DNA of 52,500 nt from Planctomycetota bacterium (GTDB lineage: Bacteria; Planctomycetota; MHYJ01; JACQXL01): positions 1-52,500 of the forward strand of contig JBBTIZ010000011.1 in the NCBI GenBank assembly GCA_038059695.1, written 5' to 3'. The notes beneath the pieces are model-generated. The model was not told the origin of the DNA and did no database searches. It was given only the letters and a program-made list of their open reading frames with translations. Both the position numbers and the translations under genes were made by a program. Below are positions 8,327 through 17,593 of the stretch, in pieces. Within the stretch, counting starts at the first letter, position 1, and each line of letters begins with the position of its first letter.

Positions 8327-9846
8327 TTATATAGCAGATTCCTCAACCTCAAATTCTGGGACCTCTACCGAATTTCCCTTACCCCAAAGTATCTCCCAAA
8401 TTAACCACTTAGTAAGAAATGATTCTATTTTGAATATAGTTTTAGCATCTTCTTCTAGAACTTTTTCTCCTTTATGTAAGAATCTGTTTCTTTTGTTTTT
8501 CATTTGTATGATTAAACTATATTGCTTAAAGTTTATCTGGCCAGAGAGGCTAAGAATTTCTACTGCTCTGTCGGCTGTATAATTTTTTAGTTTATTTTTC
8601 CTGTCTCCAATAATTTCAGTAGATTTTTGTTCCAGGAACTTATCCCACAAATAATTTATAAATTTTTCAATAACCATCCATCCCATTATAAACGTTTGAT
8701 TGTATTCGGATCCTTGTAAATAAGAATATGACTCCAATAAATAAATCAGAAGCTCTGCTATGGTCTCATTTTTTGTAAAAAGTTCGGCTTGCTTTATTGT
8801 TTCTTTTACCTGTTCTTCAGAAATCTCTCTTGTTATATTAAAATCATAGCCAGTCCTTTGCTTAGGCGTAAATTCACCTTCAAATGCGGTGGTTCTTAAT
8901 GAAACATGCATCGGCATGCTTCTACTGCCTATTTCTGATTTATCTGGAGATATTTCTGCTGTGCCTAATTCTAATTCTTTTACAGCGTAAAATGGGATAT
9001 TGAGAAGTAACGCCGTAGCCATTATTTCATTCAACATCTTTAAGGCTTGAGTTTTCTCGTTAACGCCAATCGCAATAAATCCATTTTCGTTAACAACAAT
9101 CTTACATCCTCTGTATTCTATATCAAAAGATTTTTTAGGCCACATGAATACCCTGGAATCAAACGCTTTTTCTTCAAAACTTGGATTGGGCTTTTTGCCA
9201 ATCCAAATTGGGGGATAGAAGTAAGTTCCAAAACCTTTTATTGAAACTGGAGGAGTTTGTTGAGGGGCAGAAACTGGTTGGTTCTGAGATTTTACTCTAT
9301 TTGTTGCATAACCTATGATTTGACTGATTATTTTTTTGTATCGAGTTGCTGAACATTCCCGCTTGCTTTCCAGGAAAAAGAATCATCTGTAAGTCTACGT
9401 TTCATTCCAATTCCAGCTTGATACAAGTTCTGTTTAGAAAATATAGTGATAAAGGCTCCTCCTTTGAAGCTTCTCAACAAGTCAATAAAAAGCCCTTCAA
9501 GTAACGTAGCATATATTCGCTTAGATTCATTTTTGCTAATCCGTATTTCGTCTTCCGGTAGTTTCCGCTGCCATTTTTCATCTTTTAATTTTTCCTTTAA
9601 TTTTTCTGATGCTTCATTTGAGTCGCTTTCATTAACGATTATATCTAAATCAGGCTTGTCTTTAAAGTGCGTAAAAATGAAAAGTTGATCCTGTATCATT
9701 AAACCGTGATTCTTAATAACAAAGACTTCTACTTGTAAAGGAGAACTTAAATTGTCAAGGTTGCTTACATTTTCTTTGTCTTGTTTCGAAAGTTTGGCAT
9801 ACTCTGTACGAAAATCTTGAACTAAATGTCTAATCCAATTTTGCAT
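8327..9846 (-). pseudogene. AT-rich HEPN-domain gene split by a -1 frameshift at an A7 run
   Basis: ORF 9328-9846 ends ACA AAA AAA TAA; the -1 frame is open from there into ORF 8327-9145, which carries RNRFLH (HEPN RxxxxH). Confidence 0.7.
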
Positions 9847-10063
9847 AATAACCTTAATTCGGGGGACACCATACTCAATTCCCCCCTACCCCCTAACCTC
9901 CGCGTGTTCATCCTTGGTCAGGCAGATATAGGTGTCTTTCTTGTCTTTAGCGATTCCCACTCTGCGCTTACGTCCTCGTGGGACACGTCCTCGTGGGACA
10001 GACCACACATTTTCTTTCCCTTTATTTACGCGGGTTCTAAGACGCAGTTTCGCTAAAACGCCC

Positions 10064-10654
10064 CTATTTTTTAGAACCCTGCTCCTTCCGGTAAATTGCT
10101 TGTTCAACCTCGGTCAGGCAGAAGGCGTATTTTTTAGGGCCAGCCGCCTCGGCGGGGTTTTCAAACATCCTCAGCTTGCCCTCGCAGGCCAGCCAGCCGA
10201 TACCCATCGCTGTATAGTCCTGCTTCGCCTTTATCCGTTTTTGTATCAGGTCGGATGTCAGGCGGCATTCTTTGGCGGTTTTGCCCGCCTGACCTTGCCC
10301 GTCGGGCAGGTCTTCCGCGCCTAAGCAATGCCATATCTGGCCGGCAGTTTCACCGACCTTGTGGCGGAACTCTTTCGCTGATTGCCTTTCTTCATCGGTC
10401 ATTTCATAGTGCAGCTCCCAGGCCGGTTCGTTATAGGGCGATTTTTCAAGATAGGCGGCCCGTCCGATTTTGACCAGTTCATCCATTTGTTCCTTTATCA
10501 CTTCAGGGCTCAGCCCGGTTTGGTCAGCTATTCGCTGGATAGTCCAAACGCTTTGTTTATAGAGGTAGTCCCATACTTTACCGGCGGCCTGGCCGATAAC
10601 TACTTTCGGGTCTACTTCTTTCCATTGCGGCTGTTGAACGGTTTTCTTCGGCAT
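10064..10654 (-). CDS. Tandem DUF2582-like winged-helix protein
   Basis: IGQAAGKVWDYL and VGETAGQIWHCL..MGIGWLACEGKL; SD GGAGGAG before ATG 10654. Confidence 0.7.
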   Translation of the reverse strand: MPKKTVQQPQWKEVDPKVVIGQAAGKVWDYLYKQSVWTIQRIADQTGLSPEVIKEQMDELVKIGRAAYLEKSPYNEPAWELHYEMTDEERQSAKEFRHKVGETAGQIWHCLGAEDLPDGQGQAGKTAKECRLTSDLIQKRIKAKQDYTAMGIGWLACEGKLRMFENPAEAAGPKKYAFCLTEVEQAIYRKEQGSKK

Positions 10655-10770
10655 ATTTTTCTCCTCCTGTTTATCTGCGCAATCAGCGTCATCTGTGGTT
10701 GCACTGATGATAATCTGGAGACACATACTACTCATTGGCACTATACCTTTATTCGCCTGTTAAATCAACC

Positions 10771-11250
10771 TTAATCCTCTTTTTTATGGCCTTTCTTTTT
10801 CTTGTCGCCACTCAGGCGCTTTTTGTTCTTTTCATACATCTTTTCCAGGCCCAGAAGCCAGTGGCTGATGGTATTCGGGCTTTCGCCCAAATCAGCGGCC
10901 ATGGCCTTTATCACCCCGCCGCACTTGGCCAGCGATTTCAGGCGTAACAGCTCCTTTACTCCCGGAAAATTCAGGCATTGGATGGCCTGGAATACGCCGA
11001 TTAATAATTTGCGGAATCCCTCGTGCTTGCGCTCAGGTAAGTCCGAGGACAATTCGCCGTCGTTCTTGGCCTGGAATATGTCGAATTTAGACGGTCCGGA
11101 TGCTTTGCGGCGTGATGGGCCGTTCCGGGGATTTTTGGTTTCCCCTGGCTTATCTACCGGTTTTTCAGGACGCTGGTCGCTCTCATCAAAGAAGTTTTCA
11201 TCATTGCGTGCCGGTTCCTTAAAGTTGTTATCCGGAGTGGCACAACATAT
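10771..11250 (-). CDS. Hypothetical protein with a C-terminal HTH-like segment (ATA start or frameshift)
   Basis: Frame is open from ATA 11250; VIKAMAADLGESPNTISHWL looks like an HTH. Confidence 0.5.
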   Translation of the reverse strand: MCCATPDNNFKEPARNDENFFDESDQRPEKPVDKPGETKNPRNGPSRRKASGPSKFDIFQAKNDGELSSDLPERKHEGFRKLLIGVFQAIQCLNFPGVKELLRLKSLAKCGGVIKAMAADLGESPNTISHWLLGLEKMYEKNKKRLSGDKKKKGHKKED

Positions 11251-11570
11251 TTAATCGCCTCCCCCCAAATCAGGGGGAACCAAAAGTGTCAGGTCATCCG
11301 GGTCAATCCGGACGGCCGCCGTTTTTCTGGTTTCTCCTTTCTAGTTTTAATCTGGGGAATCTGTGTAATCTGTGGTTCCCCTCCATATATATGAATGTTT
11401 GAGCACCCCTAAAAACTGCAATCAATCTCAATTTTTCTCAGTATTTATGCGGTTTCCAGGGCGTTTCCCTCCACTTATATAAACCAAAAAGAAGACGAAA
11501 AGTTGCTATGAAAATGAGATTTGTAAGCAGATTTAGCGGATGGGTAATCAGGTGTATTTATCCGCACGTT

Positions 11571-11835
11571 TTATTCCTTAGACGCAGTTAATTGGGCAAC
11601 GGTGGGGATGCCGGCCGAGCCCGCCGGCAGGATGCCCAGCCGGACGTAAATCGGATGGATGGATTTTCTGATTTTGCCGAGTTGAGAGGCAAAGACCAGC
11701 GCGGCCAGGATGCAGACCCCGCCCCCGATAGCCAGGATGGCCGGCGCGCCGATGACGCTGGCCACGCTACCGGCCAGCAGGATGCCCAGCGGCATGATGC
11801 CCATAAAGGCCAGGGTAAACAAGATCATAACCCGA
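11571..11835 (-). pseudogene. 3' fragment of an MFS transporter
   Basis: RVMILFTLAFMGIMPLGILLAG..PIYVRLGIL last TM helices; 5' part replaced by TAATCTGG repeats. Confidence 0.75.
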
Positions 11836-11896
11836 GATAATCTGGGATAATCTGGGGATAATCTGGGATAATCTGGTAATCTGGGGTAATCTGGGG
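11836..11896. repeat. Six tandem TAATCTGG(G) units
   Basis: Read directly; the units copy the outer tip of the adjacent inverted repeat. Confidence 0.85.
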
Positions 11897-12097
11897 ACAC
11901 AATACTAGTTAATTTATTGCACACTCCTAAATAATAAGTTACAATAATAACACTATGGCACGATTAGCCAAAGCCGTTATTCCGGGGATTCCGCACCATG
12001 TTACCCAAAGAGGCAATCGCAGACAACAGGTATTTTTCCGAGATGCTGATGACATATAGGTTAAACAGGAGGAAAACTAGTATTGTGTCCCCAGATT
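11888..12097 (+). mobile_element. Miniature RAYT derivative with perfect 23-bp terminal inverted repeats
   Basis: AATCTGGGGACACAATACTAGTT / AACTAGTATTGTGTCCCCAGATT; internal ORF 11955-12059 MARLAKAVIPGIPHHVTQRGNRRQQVFF is a RAYT N-terminus. Confidence 0.85.
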
Positions 12098-12099
12098 AA

Positions 12100-12336
12100 G
12101 CAGATATTTCTCATATAGTAGGTTATGTTGATGCGTTTATTTTTGAGCCACATTTTTTATACCCAGACTTAATTGTTTTTAGTCCATTAGCAATAGAAAA
12201 TGAACAGGAAAATTCTCTTTTTGCGTTACTTGCTCATGAGTGTGCGCATGTTGTTCTTGGACATGCAATAGAATCGCCTGTTGAGCCAGAACCGGAGGCT
12301 GATGCCGTAGGAAGTTATATATATACTTTACGTTAG
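12100..12336 (+). pseudogene. Start-less zincin metallopeptidase (HExxH) C-terminal fragment
   Basis: Manual translation: ..LFALLAHECAHVVLGH..EPEADAVG..TLR*; begins at the IR boundary. Confidence 0.65.
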
Positions 12337-12340
12337 TAAA

Positions 12341-12868
12341 ATGAAAGGAACGATTACTATGATAAACTGGAAACGGTTAATGATAACATTGCTTATAGTA
12401 ATAAGTGCTAGTTGTATTTTGTTAGTGCCTAGTATTTGTCGCGGCGTAAGAGCAATAGATATTAAATGCAGGCTAAATTTATTAGCAATTAGTGATGGGT
12501 TGGGTAGATATTTTGAGACGAATAAATATTATCCTCAGCAGATAGAGGAAATTAAGCAGTATTTATTGGAAAGAGGATTAAATGCAGAATTAATATTTAA
12601 ATGCCCTGCGGACAAAGATAAAGTCAATAAAATAGACTATGAATATTTTTCTATTAGTCGTGCTGATGCGACTGAAACAACGGTACTAGTATATGAAAAA
12701 CAAAACAATCATTATATTGGTTGGTGGGCATTTGGATTAAAGGCATACAATGCCAGACATGTTTTAATCAGTGATGGCAAAAACAAGGATATAAAATTAT
12801 ACTCGGATGACGATTTCAAGGTACTATTAGACAAACATCAACGCAAGCCGGATAAGGAAAATAAGTAA
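12341..12868 (+). CDS. AT-rich exported hypothetical protein (pseudopilin-like N-terminus; possible immunity protein)
   Basis: N-terminal TM helix, then CRLNLLAISDGLGRYF..YP. Confidence 0.6.
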   Translation: MKGTITMINWKRLMITLLIVISASCILLVPSICRGVRAIDIKCRLNLLAISDGLGRYFETNKYYPQQIEEIKQYLLERGLNAELIFKCPADKDKVNKIDYEYFSISRADATETTVLVYEKQNNHYIGWWAFGLKAYNARHVLISDGKNKDIKLYSDDDFKVLLDKHQRKPDKENK

Positions 12869-12914
12869 TCCAAGATGATTTCTATTTACGATAAAGAAGA
12901 CAATCGGTCGTATA

Positions 12915-13032
12915 GTGCCAGAGGGACACTTCCCACCGCCGGAATCCCTTTACTTTCCTATCCCGCGTGTCTTGTGCCAGAGGGACACTTCCCACCGCCG
13001 GAATCCCTTTACTTTCCTATCCCGCGTGTCTT
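12915..13032. repeat. Exact 59-bp tandem duplication containing the RAYT end
   Basis: 12915-12973 equals 12974-13032. Confidence 0.9.
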
Positions 13033-13748
13033 TCTTGTTATAAAATCCCTTCCCAGTAACTCCGCCATTCGGTTTACGAATCTCTTATCACCTATGGGCT
13101 TGCCTGTTTTTGTCGCCTTCCGGATTAAATTCGTCTCGGATTCTTCCGCTTCTGCTTTGATTGTCTTAAGATACTCCTCCCGTTCGCCCTCGTCAAATAA
13201 ATCCTCGGTTAATACATCATCTTTAATCCCTTTAATGTGCGCCACCGCGCTGGAATACGGGTAATCCTCTATTTCCTTTACTATCCGGGCTCGTTTCGGA
13301 TTCCGCTCAATGTACCGGGCCACGACCCATAAATACGGCTCTTCATCTATAATACAAGAATGAAAACGGCTTTCCCATAATCGCCCCGTCCTTTTATATC
13401 GCCTGTTAATGTATTGCGTATAAGACAAACTCACCCCCTGCATCATCTTGGCAAATGATTCTTCTTTACCGGGACGAACCAAGAGGTGAACATGGTTAGT
13501 CATCAGGCAATAAGCCAGGATAGAGACATCCCATCTGGTGGCGTATTCCTTTAGCAGGTCTAAATACCTAGCGCGTGTTTCCTGGGCAAAGAAGACCTTT
13601 TGCTTGTTATTACCTCTTTGAATGACATGATGAGGAAAATCCACGGCGACCGCTCTGGCAACTCTCGGCATAAGAGGTACTTTATAAAAACTATGTCTTA
13701 TGTGTCAAGTAAATTAAGTGTTGTAGCCGGTGGGAAGTGTCCCTCTGG
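12977..13748 (-). mobile_element. RAYT element bounded by 21-bp inverted repeats
   Basis: CCAGAGGGACACTTCCCACCG (12977-12997) / CGGTGGGAAGTGTCCCTCTGG (13728-13748). Confidence 0.8.
13009..13671 (-). CDS. REP-associated tyrosine transposase (Y1 HUH)
   Basis: HHVIQRGNN, YCLMTNHVHLL (HUH), YIERNP, YPYSS motifs. Confidence 0.92.
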   Translation of the reverse strand: MPRVARAVAVDFPHHVIQRGNNKQKVFFAQETRARYLDLLKEYATRWDVSILAYCLMTNHVHLLVRPGKEESFAKMMQGVSLSYTQYINRRYKRTGRLWESRFHSCIIDEEPYLWVVARYIERNPKRARIVKEIEDYPYSSAVAHIKGIKDDVLTEDLFDEGEREEYLKTIKAEAEESETNLIRKATKTGKPIGDKRFVNRMAELLGRDFITRKTRGIGK

Positions 13749-13835
13749 GCGTTGGTTCCACCATCTGCCACGGCAACATCAGTACCACCAGGATAGTATT
13801 GTTAATCTGGGGACACATACGAATTTTTCTTCCTG

Positions 13836-14984
13836 CTACCCGAACTTCTTTTTGAGATGGGTTTGATAAGTCCGAAAATCAGTTGTTATCTCGGCTATGG
13901 TCCTCCCCGGGAATCGGCTGATAAAGGCCCGGGCTATTTCAAATGCCACGACTGCCTCGCCGATGACTGACGCGGCCGGGACCGCGCAGATGTCGCTGGA
14001 TTCTACCTGGGCCTTGGCCGGACGTTTGGTTCTCAGGTCTATGGTCGGCAACGGTCTTTTCAATGTCGGAATGGGTTTTACCGCGGCCCTTACTATTATA
14101 TTCTCGCCACTGGTCAACCCGCCTTCAATCCCGCCGGCATAGTTGGTCATCCGCTTCCAGCCGCCATATTTGTTTAGAATAGGCCTATTATTATGTGTGG
14201 CAAATAAATCCATCACCTGCGAGCCGGGTTTATCCGCATAGCCGAATCCCAGGCCGATTTCTACGGCTTTAACGGCCGGGATAGCCATTATTGCCTGGCT
14301 CAAACGGGCATCAAATCGGTCCTGCCAATGGGTATGGTCGCCCAGGCCGACCGGGATATTGAATCCGGCTACCTCAAAGCAGCCGCCCAAGGTGTCGCCA
14401 TCATTTTCTGCCTCGCTTAAGAGATGCTTCCATTCAGGGATAACATTTTTGTCAAGGGTGTAGAAAGATGTTTGTCTGCCAGTCCTCCAGTTAACCGGTC
14501 GGCCGGTTGGATGGTCTGCCTGAACAGAGCCGATTTGGGTTGTATAGCCAAACACCTTAATCGCAAAGTAATCAAGGAGTGATTTAGCAACAGAGCCGGC
14601 GATGACGCGTCCGACTGTGGTCCGGGCGCTGGCTTGCTCAGCCCCGATGCGGCCATCCGGAACCAGGAACTTCATTGCCGCAGCCAGGTCAATATGACCG
14701 GGCCTGACCCTGGTTATGGGCGGTAAGAAATCAAGGGTGTTTTTCTGGTTCCGGACCTGGATGGTGATAGGCGCGCCGAGGGTTTTGCCATTCTTCAATC
14801 CGCTCAGGATTTCTATTTTATCTTTTTCTAAAGACATCCTGGGTCCGCGTCCGGCGCAGGCCCTGCGGCGCTTGAGTTCGGAATTGATTACTTCTTCTTT
14901 GATGCGGACACCGGCCGGGAAGCCGCTGATAACGGTAATGATGGCCTGGCCGTGCGATTCGCCGGCTGTAATATATTCAAGCAT
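13836..14984 (-). CDS. aroC: Chorismate synthase
   Basis: TAGESHG, RPGH, ASARTT, GGIEGG, KPIPTL motifs. Confidence 0.93.
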   Translation of the reverse strand: MLEYITAGESHGQAIITVISGFPAGVRIKEEVINSELKRRRACAGRGPRMSLEKDKIEILSGLKNGKTLGAPITIQVRNQKNTLDFLPPITRVRPGHIDLAAAMKFLVPDGRIGAEQASARTTVGRVIAGSVAKSLLDYFAIKVFGYTTQIGSVQADHPTGRPVNWRTGRQTSFYTLDKNVIPEWKHLLSEAENDGDTLGGCFEVAGFNIPVGLGDHTHWQDRFDARLSQAIMAIPAVKAVEIGLGFGYADKPGSQVMDLFATHNNRPILNKYGGWKRMTNYAGGIEGGLTSGENIIVRAAVKPIPTLKRPLPTIDLRTKRPAKAQVESSDICAVPAASVIGEAVVAFEIARAFISRFPGRTIAEITTDFRTYQTHLKKKFG

Positions 14985-15005
14985 GCATTATTTTGTTAGA
15001 ATCTC

Positions 15006-17312
15006 TTATTTCGGATTAGCCGGAGCCGGCGGCGGCAGCGCCTTCTGGGACTCGCCCCTGGCATTTTCCAGTTTCTCCTTTATCTCCGGCGCCAGATTAT
15101 TGCGGGAAATCAGTTTCCCGGTCTCTTCTATTACCTTATTATATTCTTTCATTTCGGAATATAATGACAGTTGCTCCAGTTTCAGCGACCACCATTCCGG
15201 CGACGACTCCTTCTGGTCTTCCAGAAGCGCAATGCAGGATTTCAGGGCCTGGTCAAACTTCTGGAGTTTCTTGTAGCAACTAATCAGGGCCAGGGTAAAT
15301 TCCGGCTTATCGGCGAAATCCTTCACCGCGTCTTTCAGATAATCCTCGGCCTTGGTATATTCACCGGACTCCATCTGAAGCAGGCCGAGCATCCCTTTGT
15401 TCAACGATATTCTCGTCTTAAATTCATCGGCCTTGAACTGCTGGTTCTTGGCAATCTCCTCGAGCATCAGGATGCCGTAGGAGGTCAATTTCAACTCCCT
15501 GAGTTTGGAGACCGCCTCCTCCATCAAATCCAGATTATCCGCCGTAACGGCCAGGAGGGCTTTCCAGGCCGAACCCGCGAGTTTCTCGTCTTTCTCATTC
15601 AGTATTACAATCAGGGCCGGAATGCCGGCGGCATCCTTGATTTTACCCAGGGCTTCGGCTGAGAGTTGCCTGGTGCGCGTGTCTTTGTCATTAATCAAAA
15701 TCTTGATAATATCCGGACCGGCCGCCTTGTTGCCCAGTTTGCCCAGCGACTCTATGGTAATCTGCCTGATATCCATAAACTCATCAGCCAGGAGTTTGGC
15801 CAGTTGCGGCGCGATATCCGGGACATTGATTTTACCCAGACAGTTTGAGGCCGACCAGCGGACGCGCGGTCGGGCATCATTTATAAAAGGCAGGATTTCC
15901 GGCGCGCTGGACGGGTCTTTGATATCGCCTAGGGCATCAATGAGGGACTTGATGAGTTTCTCGTCATTCTGGTACCTGATTGACTTGAGGCATTCGTGGA
16001 ACTTGGCCACGGCCGGTTTGCCTTCCGGGCCGAAGGCGCCGATGGTTTCTACAATCACGACCACGATTTCCGGCGTCTCCCTATCCAGCAGTTCATCCAG
16101 CAGTTCAATCAGCGGGAGGACCACCCTGGGGTTTTTAATCCGCCTCAACGCAACGGTTATCTTATTTTTAATGGCGGTTGATTCCTTGGGATTATTGAGG
16201 ATGCCCAAGAGGGGGTCAATCGACGATTCGTCGCCCAAGTCACCCAGAATATCAAATAGTAGAGTGCGGAATTCATCAACCGACGCATCTGTCCCCGCTT
16301 CGCGGGGCTTGTATGCGGTTATTTCATCCCTGAGCCGGGGCAGTATCTGCTTGGTCTTTTCTTTATCCAATGTCTTTATCTGTTCTAGGACATATTTCTT
16401 GAGCATTATGGCCTTGTCGTCCAGGGCCGAGGTCAGCAACGAGATTTCAGCCGGGGCATCGGCCAGCCGGCGCGCCTGTTCCAGCCGCATCTTCAGGATA
16501 TCTATCTTTAACGCCGTAATGGCGTCGCCATACTGCCTGATAAGTTTATCTTTTTCCTGTATCTGGTTTTTATATTCAATGATGGACTGCTCCAGCCATT
16601 TTTCCCGCGACTGTTTGCTGTTGACCTTCCACCAGGCAATCCATTCTTCCCGGGCGGCAAAACTTTGCCTGGTCAGGATGTTTAGGGTATTGAGAATTTC
16701 GGTATTGAGGTCGCTCTTGCGGTTGCTCAACAAGCCAATCAAGAACGGGATGCTCCGGATGCTCGGCACAAAGGACAGCCCTTTGACCAGATTCTGGCGG
16801 ACCGGCTCGGGCTTTTCGGGCTGGTTCAATTCCTTGAGGATGGCCTTGGCCACCTTTTCCTCGTCGGCATTGCTGAAGACCGCAAAGACATAAGGATGCA
16901 GGGATGCCTTGCCGGTTTCCAGGATGACAATCATTTCATCAATGAACAGATAATCGCTCTTATGTTTAGCCAACGCCTTAAGGACGGCTTTGGCGGCTTC
17001 CTCGTTATCGCTGGCCAGCACGGACGAGATGATTTTCCTGGCTTTTCTGGTATTCAGGAGGGCCAGCCGTTCGGCGGCAACATCCCGCCCGGGCCCGGCG
17101 GATTCGTAAAGCCGTGTTTTGAGATGTTCCGGCTCGCTGTAAACCCCGGCTTCTTTTATCTTGTCATCGGCCAACAGTTCCCCTTCGCGGTCCGGAGAAG
17201 GTATCTTAACGCCGCCGCTCCCCCAGCAGGAAATAATCAGGCAGGGAAACACAATTACGCCAACTACCAATAATCTTTTCAGCATATTAAACAGTCCTGA
17301 CCGCTCCGGCAT
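15006..17312 (-). CDS. HEAT-repeat/TPR protein, probably a lipoprotein
   Basis: Signal peptide with Cys; repeated ALGxI/LGKI HEAT units; C-terminal TPR. Confidence 0.8.
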   Translation of the reverse strand: MPERSGLFNMLKRLLVVGVIVFPCLIISCWGSGGVKIPSPDREGELLADDKIKEAGVYSEPEHLKTRLYESAGPGRDVAAERLALLNTRKARKIISSVLASDNEEAAKAVLKALAKHKSDYLFIDEMIVILETGKASLHPYVFAVFSNADEEKVAKAILKELNQPEKPEPVRQNLVKGLSFVPSIRSIPFLIGLLSNRKSDLNTEILNTLNILTRQSFAAREEWIAWWKVNSKQSREKWLEQSIIEYKNQIQEKDKLIRQYGDAITALKIDILKMRLEQARRLADAPAEISLLTSALDDKAIMLKKYVLEQIKTLDKEKTKQILPRLRDEITAYKPREAGTDASVDEFRTLLFDILGDLGDESSIDPLLGILNNPKESTAIKNKITVALRRIKNPRVVLPLIELLDELLDRETPEIVVVIVETIGAFGPEGKPAVAKFHECLKSIRYQNDEKLIKSLIDALGDIKDPSSAPEILPFINDARPRVRWSASNCLGKINVPDIAPQLAKLLADEFMDIRQITIESLGKLGNKAAGPDIIKILINDKDTRTRQLSAEALGKIKDAAGIPALIVILNEKDEKLAGSAWKALLAVTADNLDLMEEAVSKLRELKLTSYGILMLEEIAKNQQFKADEFKTRISLNKGMLGLLQMESGEYTKAEDYLKDAVKDFADKPEFTLALISCYKKLQKFDQALKSCIALLEDQKESSPEWWSLKLEQLSLYSEMKEYNKVIEETGKLISRNNLAPEIKEKLENARGESQKALPPPAPANPK

Positions 17313-17376
17313 TATTCCTTATATATCGGCAAGAATAATCCGGATATTTATATATATCTAATAGGGTCCGGGGTCA

Positions 17377-17500
17377 ACCCCGTTAGAGATAGGTCACGTC
17401 TCTGACCTGACCGTAACGAATATATTTATTCTATAATTACCTATTCTAAATAAGCCATCTCTAATCCTAACCAAGATTATATAATCATCTCTAACGGGGT
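17377..17500. repeat. MITE-like insert with 14-bp inverted termini
   Basis: ACCCCGTTAGAGAT / ATCTCTAACGGGGT; GGGGTCAAC occurs at both ends. Confidence 0.75.
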
Positions 17501-17593
17501 CAACTCAAAATATACAAAATTTATTGCCAGAAAGGAGGAATATTGTTATAATAACTCTAACAGTGTTTGCTAACAGAAAAGTGAGAACATACT

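Noticed and set aside
11834-11924. PDYPRL-repeat N-terminus on the MFS fragment
   Set aside because: Chance translation of the TAATCTGG DNA repeats
2552-13830. Complete prophage, ICE or diversity-generating retroelement
   Set aside because: No integrase, terminase, relaxase, reverse transcriptase, tRNA target or att direct repeats recognised
15505-16893. 462-aa plus-strand ORF
   Set aside because: Ser-rich antisense shadow of the HEAT protein
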